Origin: Clostridiales bacterium
GTDB taxonomy: Bacteria > Bacillota > Clostridia > Lachnospirales > Lachnospiraceae
Direction: 5' to 3'
Assembly (NCBI GenBank): GCA_020860715.1
Contig: JAJBTU010000023.1
Span: 38,692-102,691, forward strand
DNA length: 64,000 nt
A program made the position numbers and the translations under genes. Positions 1 through 8,270 of the stretch are shown here, piece after piece. Numbering within the stretch: the stretch's first letter is position 1; the number at the start of each line of letters is the position of its first letter. The notes under the pieces were generated by a model that saw only the letters and a program-made list of their open reading frames with translations, had not been told where the DNA came from and did no database searches.

Positions 1-662
1 TCGTTGTAATGCTTGTCCATGTAGTCAAAGACGATATTCAGCTTATCATACAGCCGGGCTGACCGCTCAGAATCCGATTCCCGGCTGCGCATGGCCGGAA
101 CCTGTTCGATTCTTGATTCTCCGTAATTGGCAAATAGTTTCAGGAGACTGGCGTAACAGTTCAGGTCACGCAGATGCCCGCCGAAAAAATATTCCCGGCA
201 GAGCTCCATGATCAGGTCAACCTCCTGCTCATAGACGGAAGGACAGGTATCGGGCGTGATCAGTACGGCGTGTGAAAGAAAAATCGTCAGATAGGAAAAT
301 CCCTTGATCGCGGATACCGCTTCCATATCAAAAATATAGATCAGCCGCAGCCCCGAAGGCGGGGCAATCAGCTGATGAAGTTCTCCGGGCGGGATCAGAA
401 GGATCTCGCCCGGATTCAGTTCATAGCGCGTCTGCCCGACGATCACCGTGTAGGTATTTTCGATGGGCATGATCAGTTCTGAAGCAGGATGCCGGTGCAT
501 TTCATAGGATTCGGTCTGCGAGTTGATAAAAAAACGGAGAGTGGTATCAGGCCGGAAATCTACCACCTCGCGCTCACTGTCCATTCGGCGGTGGTATTGT
601 TCCGCATCCTGCATTCCGATTTTCAGCAGATCCGGATCCAGAGTCAGTTTGGTCGGATTCAT
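1..662 (-). CDS. AraC/XylS-family transcriptional regulator, N-terminal cupin-type sensor part; the 3' end lies beyond the left window edge
   Basis: Absent from the ORF track because it runs off the edge. My own minus-strand translation starts at ATG (comp. 660-662), which is preceded by GGAGG, and stays open to position 3 (220 codons checked triplet by triplet, no stop). It reads MNPTKLTLDPDLLKIGMQDAEQYHRRMDSEREVVDFRPDTTLRFFINSQTESYEMHRHPASELIMPIENTYTVIVGQTRYELNPGEILLIPPGELHQL... The core is cupin-like, as in AraC sugar regulators. The gene lies 43 nt downstream of the phosphorylase gene on the same strand. Confidence 0.55.
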   Translation of the reverse strand, partial: MNPTKLTLDPDLLKIGMQDAEQYHRRMDSEREVVDFRPDTTLRFFINSQTESYEMHRHPASELIMPIENTYTVIVGQTRYELNPGEILLIPPGELHQLIAPPSGLRLIYIFDMEAVSAIKGFSYLTIFLSHAVLITPDTCPSVYEQEVDLIMELCREYFFGGHLRDLNCYASLLKLFANYGESRIEQVPAMRSRESDSERSARLYDKLNIVFDYMDKHYN

Positions 663-705
663 GAAAAAGTCCTCCGATGAGGGATATAGCTGCCGCAGCA
701 GCGGA

Positions 706-3141
706 TCATCCCATTACTGCTGTGACTTCATAGTGGGTCTTGCCTTCCTCAAACGGAACAACATTGCCCGGGATCTCTTTTCCGTCTACGACGAGTTTTG
801 CGATGCCCTTCTGCACGTTGTCCGGATTCTCTACGTGAATGTCATAGGTCGCGCCGCGGAAACTTCTCGTGATCGTGAAATCTCCAAAGCCTTCCGGCAC
901 GCACGGGTCGATGCCGAGGCCGTCAAACTGCGGCTGGATGCCAAGGATGGCCTGCGAAACGTCCACGAAGGTCCATGCTGCCGTGCCGGTCAGCCAGCTG
1001 TTCTTTGCCTCGCCGTGACGGGGCGCGTCCGCGCCCGCTACCATCTGTGAATACACATACGGCTCGGTGCGGTGGATCTCGCTGATGTCTTCGATGTAGG
1101 CCGGGCAGGTCTTGCGGTAAATCTCAAACGCCCGGTTGCCGCGTCCGACTACGGTCTCCGCGATGGATACCCACGGATTGTTGTGGCAGAAGATACCGGC
1201 GTTTTCCTTGTATCCAGGCGGATAGGAAGAAACCTCACCCAGATTCAGATAATACTTCGTATAGGCGGGCTGCAGGATCATGATACCGTATTTGGTGTCC
1301 AGACGCTCTTTTACAGAGTCAAGAGCCTGAATCGCCTGGCCGCTCTCCACGCCGATGCCGGCCATGACACAGAAGCCCTGCGGCTCAATGTAGATCTGGC
1401 CTTCCTCACATTCTCTGGAGCCGACTTTGTTTGATTCGGCGTCATACGCGCGGACGAACCAATCGCCGTCCCAGCCGGCGGTGAGTACCGCGTCGTTCAT
1501 CGCCTGTACTTCCTTTTCTGCGGCAGCAGCCAGGTCGTCTTTGCCCACGCGGCGGCAGAGCTCCGCGTACTCGCGGCCGTATTTTACAAACATGCCCGCG
1601 ATGAAGACGGATTCCGCTACCGGTCCCTCGGACGGTCCGGTCGTCTGGAACGATTCGCCCGGCGTGTCGGAGAAGCAGTTCAGATTCAGGCAGTCATTCC
1701 AGTCCGCGCGGCCGATGAGCGGCAGGTTGTGCGGACCCCTGTGGTTCACAATATAGTCAAACGAGCGGGTCAGATGCTCAAAGAGCGGTACCGCCGTCGA
1801 TTCGTCGTTGTCAAACGGAACCATCTCATCAAGGATGGAGAAGTCCCCGCTCTCCTTTATGTAAGCGGAGGTACCGGCGATCAGCCAGAGCGGATCGTCG
1901 TTGAAACCGCTGCCGATGTCCATGTTGCCCTTCTTGGTCAGCGGCTGGTACTGATGGTACGCGCTGCCGTCCGCGAACTGCGTGGAGGCAATATCAATGA
2001 TACGCTCACGCGCACGCTCCGGGATCAGATGCACGAAGCCGAGCAGATCCTGGCAGGAATCACGGAAGCCCATGCCGCGGCCGGTGCCGGACTCATAATA
2101 AGAAGCCGAGCGGGACATGTTGAACGTCACCATGCACTGGTACTGGTTCCAGATGTTGACCATGCGGTTTACTTTTTCATCTTTGGATTCCACATGATAT
2201 TTTGCCAGCAGGCCTTCCCAGTATTCATTCAGCGCCAGGAAGGAAGCGTCCACCTTTTCCTTTGTATCAAACCGTGCCAGAAGCGCTTTTGCCGGAGCTT
2301 TGTTGATGATGCCCGGCGCTTCCCATTTCTCTTCATTCGGGAGTTCCGCGTAACCGAGAACAAAGACAAGATTCTTCTCCTCGCCCGGCGCAAGCGTCAC
2401 ATCGATCTGATGCGCCGCGATCGGGTACCACCCGCTGGCCACGGAATTTTCGCACACGCCGTTCTCTACAGCGGCCGGATTGGAAGCATCACGGTACGCG
2501 CCGATGAAGCTGTCGCGGCTGGTGTCAAACGAAGCGACAGGAGCGTTTACCGCGGAATAGGCGTAATGATTGCGGCGCTCACGGTACTCGGTCTTGTGAT
2601 AGATAATCGAATCTACGATCTCTACCTCGCCGGTACTTAAGTTCCGCTGATAATTGGTCATGTCGTCCATCGCGTTCCAGAGACAGAACTCAATATAGGA
2701 AAAGACTTTCAGCGTCTTCGTCTCAGAAGAGGTATTTTTCAGAGTGAGGGAATTGATCTCACAGGAGGCGTCCATCGGCACAAATGCAAGAAGATCCGCG
2801 CTGACGCCGTTCTTTGAGGAAAGGAAACGGCTGTAACCGATGCCGTGGCGGCATTCATAGGAATCCAGATCCGTCTGGGTCGGCTTCCATCCCGGATTCC
2901 ATACACTGTCCCCGTCCTTGATATAATAGTATTTGCCGTTCGTATCATAGGGGAGGTCATTGTAGCGATAGCGCGTGATGCGCAGCAGCTTTGCATCCTT
3001 GTAGAAGCTGTAGCCGCCGCAGGTGTTGGACACCAGTGAAAAGAAATCGCTGCATCCCAGATAATTGATCCATGGAAGCGGTGTCTTTGGCGTCGTGATG
3101 ACGTATTCACGGTTGGCGTCGTCAAAATAACCGAATTTCAT
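706..3141 (-). CDS. GH94 cellobiose (cellodextrin/chitobiose) phosphorylase, 811 aa
   Basis: ORF track 706..3192, with the start trimmed to [29 protein letters not shown] (ATG comp. 3139-3141, AGGAGAAG SD 7 nt upstream). The N-terminal signature and ~810-aa length are typical of GH94 phosphorylases. Confidence 0.88.
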   Translation of the reverse strand: MKFGYFDDANREYVITTPKTPLPWINYLGCSDFFSLVSNTCGGYSFYKDAKLLRITRYRYNDLPYDTNGKYYYIKDGDSVWNPGWKPTQTDLDSYECRHGIGYSRFLSSKNGVSADLLAFVPMDASCEINSLTLKNTSSETKTLKVFSYIEFCLWNAMDDMTNYQRNLSTGEVEIVDSIIYHKTEYRERRNHYAYSAVNAPVASFDTSRDSFIGAYRDASNPAAVENGVCENSVASGWYPIAAHQIDVTLAPGEEKNLVFVLGYAELPNEEKWEAPGIINKAPAKALLARFDTKEKVDASFLALNEYWEGLLAKYHVESKDEKVNRMVNIWNQYQCMVTFNMSRSASYYESGTGRGMGFRDSCQDLLGFVHLIPERARERIIDIASTQFADGSAYHQYQPLTKKGNMDIGSGFNDDPLWLIAGTSAYIKESGDFSILDEMVPFDNDESTAVPLFEHLTRSFDYIVNHRGPHNLPLIGRADWNDCLNLNCFSDTPGESFQTTGPSEGPVAESVFIAGMFVKYGREYAELCRRVGKDDLAAAAEKEVQAMNDAVLTAGWDGDWFVRAYDAESNKVGSRECEEGQIYIEPQGFCVMAGIGVESGQAIQALDSVKERLDTKYGIMILQPAYTKYYLNLGEVSSYPPGYKENAGIFCHNNPWVSIAETVVGRGNRAFEIYRKTCPAYIEDISEIHRTEPYVYSQMVAGADAPRHGEAKNSWLTGTAAWTFVDVSQAILGIQPQFDGLGIDPCVPEGFGDFTITRSFRGATYDIHVENPDNVQKGIAKLVVDGKEIPGNVVPFEEGKTHYEVTAVMG

Positions 3142-3170
3142 AATTCTCTTCTCCTTTTTTGATATTGTGA

Positions 3171-3185
3171 AAACGTTTAAGTAAA
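3171..3185. promoter_or_regulatory. Putative LacI-family operator (AAACGTTT palindromic core) in the phosphorylase leader/promoter region
   Basis: The 15-mer AAACGTTTAAGTAAA is identical to the one at 3392-3406. Its core AAACGTTT is self-complementary. Confidence 0.4.
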
Positions 3186-3391
3186 GCCCCAAATACAGAT
3201 TTGACTTAAAGCAAGCTAAGTATATCCCATCTTTTGCGGAAAATCAACCATTATTTTGCTCATCGCTTCTCAAAGTACCCACAAATTCATAAGAAAACGT
3301 CTACGAAACTGTTTTGAAAAAAACTTAATAAAATAGCAAAATTATTCTTGAAATCTGCGGGAAAAAGAGTAAAATATAGCATTAGTAGCGT

Positions 3392-3406
3392 AAACGTTTA
3401 AGTAAA
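3392..3406. promoter_or_regulatory. Second copy of the putative LacI-family operator, upstream of the LacI-family gene
   Basis: Exact repeat of the 15-mer at 3171-3185, about 55 nt upstream of the regulator start codon. Confidence 0.4.
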
Positions 3407-3459
3407 ATTTAGCAGGACGATAAGTAAAACTTTGCATAACTTTACAGTGGGGGTTGCAT

Positions 3460-4470
3460 ATGGCATCAATGAAAGATGTGGCAAAAAAGTGCGGTGTTTC
3501 GGTGGCGACGGTCAGCAAAGCACTGAACGATTACAGCGATATCGGCGAAGAAACAAAGAAAAGGATCCGCGCCGCGGCAGAGGAACTCGGTTATCTGCAG
3601 AATGCTTCCATCCGGGCATTGAAATCAAATCGCAGCTGGAATCTTGGCATCCTGTTTGAGGATGAAGCCCAGAGCGGTCTGACGCATGATTACTTCGCAC
3701 CGGTACTGGAGTGTTTTAAGCGGATCGCGGAGAATAAGGGGTATGACATTACCTTTATCAACAACCGTATAGCGGACCGAAAAATGAGTTATTACGAATA
3801 TTGCCGCTTCCGTGGTGTCGACGGCGTACTGATCGCCTGCATTGATTTTTATGATCCGGAAGTACAGTCGCTGATCCGGAGCAATATACCGGTTGTGACG
3901 ATCGACCATACCTTTGACAACCGGATTGCGGTCGTATCGGACAACGTAAACGGGATGGCGGGTCTGGTGGATTATGTCTGTGGGATGGGACATCAAAAGA
4001 TCGCGTACATACACGGGGAGAATACCTCCGTGACGAGAAGCCGGCTGGGCAGCTTTTTCCATTCCATGGCCGAGCATGGCATAGAACTGCCGGATGAATA
4101 TATCCGGGCATCCGAATACCGGGATACGGCTCTAGCAAAAACAATCACGAAAGAACTGCTGGCACTGCCGCAGCCGCCAACCTGTATTTTCTATCCCGAC
4201 GATTACGCCGCAGTCGGCGGCATCAATGCCATTCATGAGAAGGGGCTGCGCATTCCGGAAGACATCTCCGTCGTCGGCTATGACGGCATTCTCCTGAACC
4301 GTGTGATGGAGCCCCGTGTGACCACCGTCCGTCAGGATATGCCCGAGATCGGGAAAAAGGCCGCGGAACTTCTGATCGGCCTGATAGAGAAGCCGAAGAC
4401 GACTCTCATCGAGCATGTCGTTGTACCTGGAACATTCGTGCAGGGAGAATCGGTCAAGAACCTTGGGTGA
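3460..4470 (+). CDS. LacI/GalR-family transcriptional regulator
   Basis: ORF track 3454..4470 (the first codon there is TTG). ATG 3460 follows a GGGGG SD by 6 nt. The N-terminal HTH reads MASMKDVAKKCGVSVATVSKALN and the rest is a periplasmic-binding-protein-like sugar-binding fold. Confidence 0.85.
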   Translation: MASMKDVAKKCGVSVATVSKALNDYSDIGEETKKRIRAAAEELGYLQNASIRALKSNRSWNLGILFEDEAQSGLTHDYFAPVLECFKRIAENKGYDITFINNRIADRKMSYYEYCRFRGVDGVLIACIDFYDPEVQSLIRSNIPVVTIDHTFDNRIAVVSDNVNGMAGLVDYVCGMGHQKIAYIHGENTSVTRSRLGSFFHSMAEHGIELPDEYIRASEYRDTALAKTITKELLALPQPPTCIFYPDDYAAVGGINAIHEKGLRIPEDISVVGYDGILLNRVMEPRVTTVRQDMPEIGKKAAELLIGLIEKPKTTLIEHVVVPGTFVQGESVKNLG

Positions 4471-4485
4471 GATAATTAAATAAAC

Positions 4486-4631
4486 ATAGCCCCGGCATGG
4501 GGCGACCTCGGACACGCTTTCGCTTACAAAACGCCGTAGCGGTACTAAGCGCAGTCATCGCCTGACGGCTTGACTTTGCTAAGTACCGACGGCGTTTTAA
4601 TAGTCCGAGGTCATCCCCATGCCGTGGCTAT
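4486..4631. repeat. 146-bp nested imperfect palindrome between convergent genes (bidirectional terminator or MITE-like element)
   Basis: Outer arms ATAGCCCCGGCATGGGGCGACCTCGGAC (4486-4513) and GTCCGAGGTCATCCCCATGCCGTGGCTAT (4603-4631). Inner arms AAAACGCCGTAGCGGTACTAAGC and GCTAAGTACCGACGGCGTTTT. Confidence 0.7.
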
Positions 4632-4708
4632 CATTTACATTTCATACAAAACAAGCCTGGGTCCGCTGTGGAAATACGGGCTCGTTTTTGGGTGATGATT
4701 TCAATATC

Positions 4709-5503
4709 TCATCCCAGCAGCGCCGAATCGTTCGAAAACTGCTCGCCGCTGACCTGCTCAAACTGATCCAGCAGATCTTTCACGGTCAGCTTCTTTTTCT
4801 CTTCTCCCCGGATATCGAGGATGATCTTTCCTTCATTCATCATGATCAGGCGGTTGCCGTGTGTGATCGCGTCTTTCATATTGTGGGTGATCATCAGCGT
4901 GGTCAGATGGTCGCGGTTCACGATCAGCTCGGTGATCTCCAGAACCTTGGCAGCTGTCTTCGGGTCAAGGGCTGCTGTGTGCTCATCGAGCAGGAGGAGT
5001 TTCGGCTTCTGTAAGGTCGCCATCAGAAGCGTGAGCGCCTGCCGCTGACCGCCGGAGAGCAGACCGACTTTGGCAGTCATGCGGTCTTCAAGTCCCAGGC
5101 CCAGCATGGAAAGAAGCTCCTTGTACTCCGCACGTTCCTGTTTGGTGATGCCGCGGCGAAGTGTGCGCTTTCTTCCGCGGCGCTCCGCGAGCGCCAGGTT
5201 TTCCTGAATCTCCATTGTAGCAGCCGTGCCGGTCATCGGATCCTGGAAAACACGTCCGAGATAAGCGGCCCTCTTGTGCTCCGGAAGTTTCGTTACATTG
5301 ACTCCGTCGATGATGATCTGCCCCTCATCCACAAACCAGGTGCCGGCGACCGCATTTAACAGCGTAGATTTACCGGCTCCGTTGCCGCCGATGACAGTGA
5401 CAAAATCACCGTCCTCCAGATTCAGGGAGACATCGTTCAGCGCGGTTTTTTCATTGATCGTGCCGGGATTGAACGTCTTAGAAATATTCATGATATCAAG
5501 CAT
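4709..5503 (-). CDS. ABC transporter ATP-binding protein (COG1101-type partner of the COG2984 importer)
   Basis: ORF track 4709..5578, trimmed to MLDIMNISKTF..., which overlaps the permease stop by 8 nt. Walker A is GGNGAGKST, the signature is LSGGQRQ and Walker B is LLLLDE. Confidence 0.85.
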   Translation of the reverse strand: MLDIMNISKTFNPGTINEKTALNDVSLNLEDGDFVTVIGGNGAGKSTLLNAVAGTWFVDEGQIIIDGVNVTKLPEHKRAAYLGRVFQDPMTGTAATMEIQENLALAERRGRKRTLRRGITKQERAEYKELLSMLGLGLEDRMTAKVGLLSGGQRQALTLLMATLQKPKLLLLDEHTAALDPKTAAKVLEITELIVNRDHLTTLMITHNMKDAITHGNRLIMMNEGKIILDIRGEEKKKLTVKDLLDQFEQVSGEQFSNDSALLG

Positions 5504-6506
5504 TGCGGCTGCCTCCCTTCTTTGTATCTGCTCCGTTTGCAGAACCGGAATTTCCGGGAGCAGCGGCTGTGCGGCCATTCACATCGGATCCGTTTGCTGC
5601 ACGGTGCACCGGCTTCGTGAAATATTTGCCTTTCCAGTACGGCACCGCAAGGAAGACGGCGACGACGGAAGCGGACAAAAGTTTCAGAAGATCCGTGTCA
5701 ATGCCCAGCCAGATGACTACCTGCAGGACAATGTAATAAATGATCGCGCCGAAAGATACCGCCAGCAGCGAGAGAGCAAAATTGTGGAAAATCTTTCCGA
5801 AAATCGCCTCACCGATGATGACGGCCGCCAGACCGATGACAATCGCGCCGCGTCCCATGTTGACATCCGCGAAGCCCTGATACTGGGCGAGCAGGGCGCT
5901 GGAAAATGCGACCAGACCGTTCGAAATCATCAGGCCGATGACCTTGTTGAAATTCGTGTTGATGCCCTGTGCGCGGGACATGCCCGGATTGCAGCCGGTT
6001 GCCCGGAGCGAGGCTCCGAACTCCGTGCCGAAGAACCAGTAGAGAATGGCGATCAGCAGAATCGTGATCACGATCACGATCAGGATCGTGTTTTTCCATG
6101 GGGCAACGCCCTTGATGTAGCGCAGGGAAACCAGCAGATCGTAATTGTTAACGTTCACAGCCTGATTGGATTTGCCCATAATCTTCAGGTTGATCGAGTA
6201 CAGCGAGAGCTGCGTGAGGATACCGGCAAGGATCGCCGGGATTCCCATTGCCGTATGGAGTATGCCGGTCACAAGTCCGGCAAGCATTCCGGCCCCGGTC
6301 GCCGCGAGCATGGCCACCCAGATGTTGTGGCCGCTCATCAGCATCATAATGCAGGTCGCGCCGCCGGTGGCCATCGTGCCGTCCACGGTCAGATCTGCGA
6401 TATCCAGAATGCGGTATGTGATGTACACGCCGATCGCCATGATGCCCCAGATCAGACCCTGGGCACAGGCGCCGGGCAGTGCGTTGATCAAAGTAGAAAA
6501 ATTCAT
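5496..6506 (-). CDS. ABC transporter permease (COG4120-type)
   Basis: 336-aa polytopic membrane protein, MNFSTLINALPGACAQGLIWGIMAIGVYITYRILDIADLTVDG..., lying between the binding-protein and ATPase genes. Confidence 0.85.
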   Translation of the reverse strand: MNFSTLINALPGACAQGLIWGIMAIGVYITYRILDIADLTVDGTMATGGATCIMMLMSGHNIWVAMLAATGAGMLAGLVTGILHTAMGIPAILAGILTQLSLYSINLKIMGKSNQAVNVNNYDLLVSLRYIKGVAPWKNTILIVIVITILLIAILYWFFGTEFGASLRATGCNPGMSRAQGINTNFNKVIGLMISNGLVAFSSALLAQYQGFADVNMGRGAIVIGLAAVIIGEAIFGKIFHNFALSLLAVSFGAIIYYIVLQVVIWLGIDTDLLKLLSASVVAVFLAVPYWKGKYFTKPVHRAANGSDVNGRTAAAPGNSGSANGADTKKGGSRNA

Positions 6507-6689
6507 CGAGAGTATCCTTTCTTATAGTAAAACAGACACGTCCAGTAAAACAGACACGCCGTCCATTTTCATGTCCTGTGCAGGACATCCGTGTGGAGGA
6601 TTTAATGATACAAGGGACAAAAAGTCAGGAATGGAACGTTTGTGTTTCGATTCATACCCTTTTGCCGCTTGATTCATTTCATGAAAGAC

Positions 6690-6746
6690 AAAAAAACATC
6701 CGGCAGGGACAGCGGCCGGCACACTGCCGTCGGCCGCCCTGCCGGA
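6690..6746 (-). terminator. Intercistronic GC-rich hairpin plus U-run between the binding-protein and permease genes (partial terminator/attenuator)
   Basis: Minus-strand arms 6726-6746 and 6699-6720 pair over ~20 bp and are followed by seven U (plus-strand A run 6690-6696). Confidence 0.55.
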
Positions 6747-6769
6747 AGAAATCATGATAGTGGAATGAA

Positions 6770-7774
6770 TTACTCGGCAGCTGCCTCAGTCTCAGCCTCG
6801 GTCTCCGCTTCCGCGTCCGCACCGATCGCTATATAGTCGTCCGGGATCTCTACGCCAAGAGTCTCTGCGATCTCTGCGTTGTACTCCTTCGTTACTTCCG
6901 GAGCGTACTCGATCGCCATCTCGGAAATGTCAGCGCCTTCGGTCAGGATCTGTACAGCCATTTCACCGGAGATGTATCCGATATCATAGTAGCTGATGGA
7001 AAGCGTTGCAACGCCGCAGCCCTCGCAGATACCTTCCTCGCCTGCGATGATCGGAACGCCTGCATCGAGGCATACGTTGTTGATCAGCTCGGTGTTGGAA
7101 GCTGCTGTGTTGTCGGTCGGTACATAGATCACATCGCTCTCGCCCGCAGCAGTCTGCGCTACAGCCTGGATATCATTGGAGTCTGAGAATGAGTAATAGG
7201 TAACGGTGTAGCCATACTCTTCCAGATAAGTGGAAATGGTGTCTGCCTGATACTGAGAGTTCGCCTCAGCGGAGCAGTACAGGATACCAACGTTGACAGC
7301 GTCCGGGAACAGCTCGTTCAGCATCGCCGCCTGCTGATCCAGCGGAGCCAGGTCAGAGGTACCGGAGATATTGCCACCTACCGTACCGTCGAAATCAATG
7401 TCGAGTGCTGAACCGTAATCGGTGATGGAAGTTCCCAGGATCGGGATCGAATCGGTCGCTGCCGCGCAGGCCTGCAGAGATGCAGTCGCGTTCGCCAGGA
7501 TCAGGTCTACTTCGTTGGTCACGAACTGGTTCGCCACCGTTGCGCAGGTAGCGGAATCACCCTGAGCGTTCTGCTCGTCAAAGGTCACTGCATCGCCAAG
7601 TGCATCTGTCATGGCGTCCTTGAAGCCCTGTGTCGCTGCGTCCAGAGCGTCATGCTCTACCAGCTGCAGAATGCCGACATTGTAGGTCTCAGCCTCATCC
7701 GCGCTAACGCTAACGCCGCAGAAGCTGGCAACCATCGCTGCGGAAAGAACAGTAGCTAAAATCTGTTTCTTCAT
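6770..7774 (-). CDS. ABC transporter substrate-binding protein (ABC_sub_bind / COG2984 family) with signal peptide and acidic AETE tail
   Basis: MKKQILATVLSAAMVASFCGVSVSADEAETYNVGILQLVEHDALDAATQGFKDA... has the typical family N-terminus. It is first in the operon with the permease and ATPase. Confidence 0.85.
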   Translation of the reverse strand: MKKQILATVLSAAMVASFCGVSVSADEAETYNVGILQLVEHDALDAATQGFKDAMTDALGDAVTFDEQNAQGDSATCATVANQFVTNEVDLILANATASLQACAAATDSIPILGTSITDYGSALDIDFDGTVGGNISGTSDLAPLDQQAAMLNELFPDAVNVGILYCSAEANSQYQADTISTYLEEYGYTVTYYSFSDSNDIQAVAQTAAGESDVIYVPTDNTAASNTELINNVCLDAGVPIIAGEEGICEGCGVATLSISYYDIGYISGEMAVQILTEGADISEMAIEYAPEVTKEYNAEIAETLGVEIPDDYIAIGADAEAETEAETEAAAE

Positions 7775-7831
7775 GGTAAAATCCTCCTCGGTTTTTTTAT
7801 GCGGAGAGTATAAATCCGCACATTTAAACGA

Positions 7832-7860
7832 ATTATAATGCTTATAAAATGGAAAGTCAA
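7832..7860 (-). promoter_or_regulatory. Sigma-A-type promoter of the ABC importer operon
   Basis: Minus strand: TTGACT (comp. 7855-7860), 17-nt spacer, TATAAT (comp. 7832-7837). Confidence 0.6.
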
Positions 7861-7901
7861 GAAATCTGGCAAGATTCGAAAAAATTCCGGCAGATTTGGG
7901 G

Positions 7902-7930
7902 TTGACATTGCAAACGTAATGTCATATGAT
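7902..7930 (+). promoter_or_regulatory. Near-consensus sigma-A-type promoter firing towards the small-peptide gene and hflX
   Basis: TTGACA (7902-7907), 17-nt spacer, TATGAT (7925-7930). Confidence 0.6.
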
Positions 7931-7964
7931 AACCACAGCTAAGGAATGCGGTGATTCCATATGG

Positions 7965-8009
7965 CCAAAAAGCGAACCCTCCGGAGGGCTGCATCCCTCT
8001 GGAGGGTTC
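7965..8009 (-). terminator. Rho-independent terminator of the small-peptide gene
   Basis: Arms GAACCCTCCGGAGGG (7974-7988) and CCCTCTGGAGGGTTC (7995-8009). On the minus strand the hairpin is followed by GCUUUUUGG. Confidence 0.7.
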
Positions 8010-8050
8010 TCGCTCGTTACGGTGAGTTGTGCCGTTTATGCTGTTGTCAT

Positions 8051-8152
8051 CTAACCGTTACTGTCCAGCCATTTGCGCATGCGGTCGTATATGTAGTTCC
8101 CGACCACACTTGCTCCGACAGAAACAAGAAATGCGGCAATGAAGCCCTCCAT
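8051..8152 (-). CDS. 33-aa hydrophobic peptide (type-I-toxin-like architecture), copy 1
   Basis: Below the ORF-track size cut-off, so this is my own translation: MEGFIAAFLVSVGASVVGNYIYDRMRKWLDSNG*. A GGAGGTG SD lies upstream of ATG (comp. 8150-8152), and a terminator follows directly downstream. A paralogue sits at 9801-9902. Confidence 0.55.
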   Translation of the reverse strand: MEGFIAAFLVSVGASVVGNYIYDRMRKWLDSNG

Positions 8153-8270
8153 ATGGCATCACCTCCTTCCCTTAGGAATGAGTCGACGACAAATACAGAA
8201 TATCACATAGAGCAAAATAAGTCCACATAAATATTTAAAGAAATCCATAAAATGTAAATGGAGAGACTAG

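Noticed and set aside
5274-6527. 417-aa plus-strand ORF. Similar long antisense ORFs occur at 28454..29182, 32176..32892, 55226..56158, 60231..60974 and 61065..62033.
   Set aside because: Each sits antisense to a confidently identified gene (ABC permease, sortase, pilus protein, acyltransferase, pstC, pstA). All have Arg/Pro/His-rich compositions without motifs.
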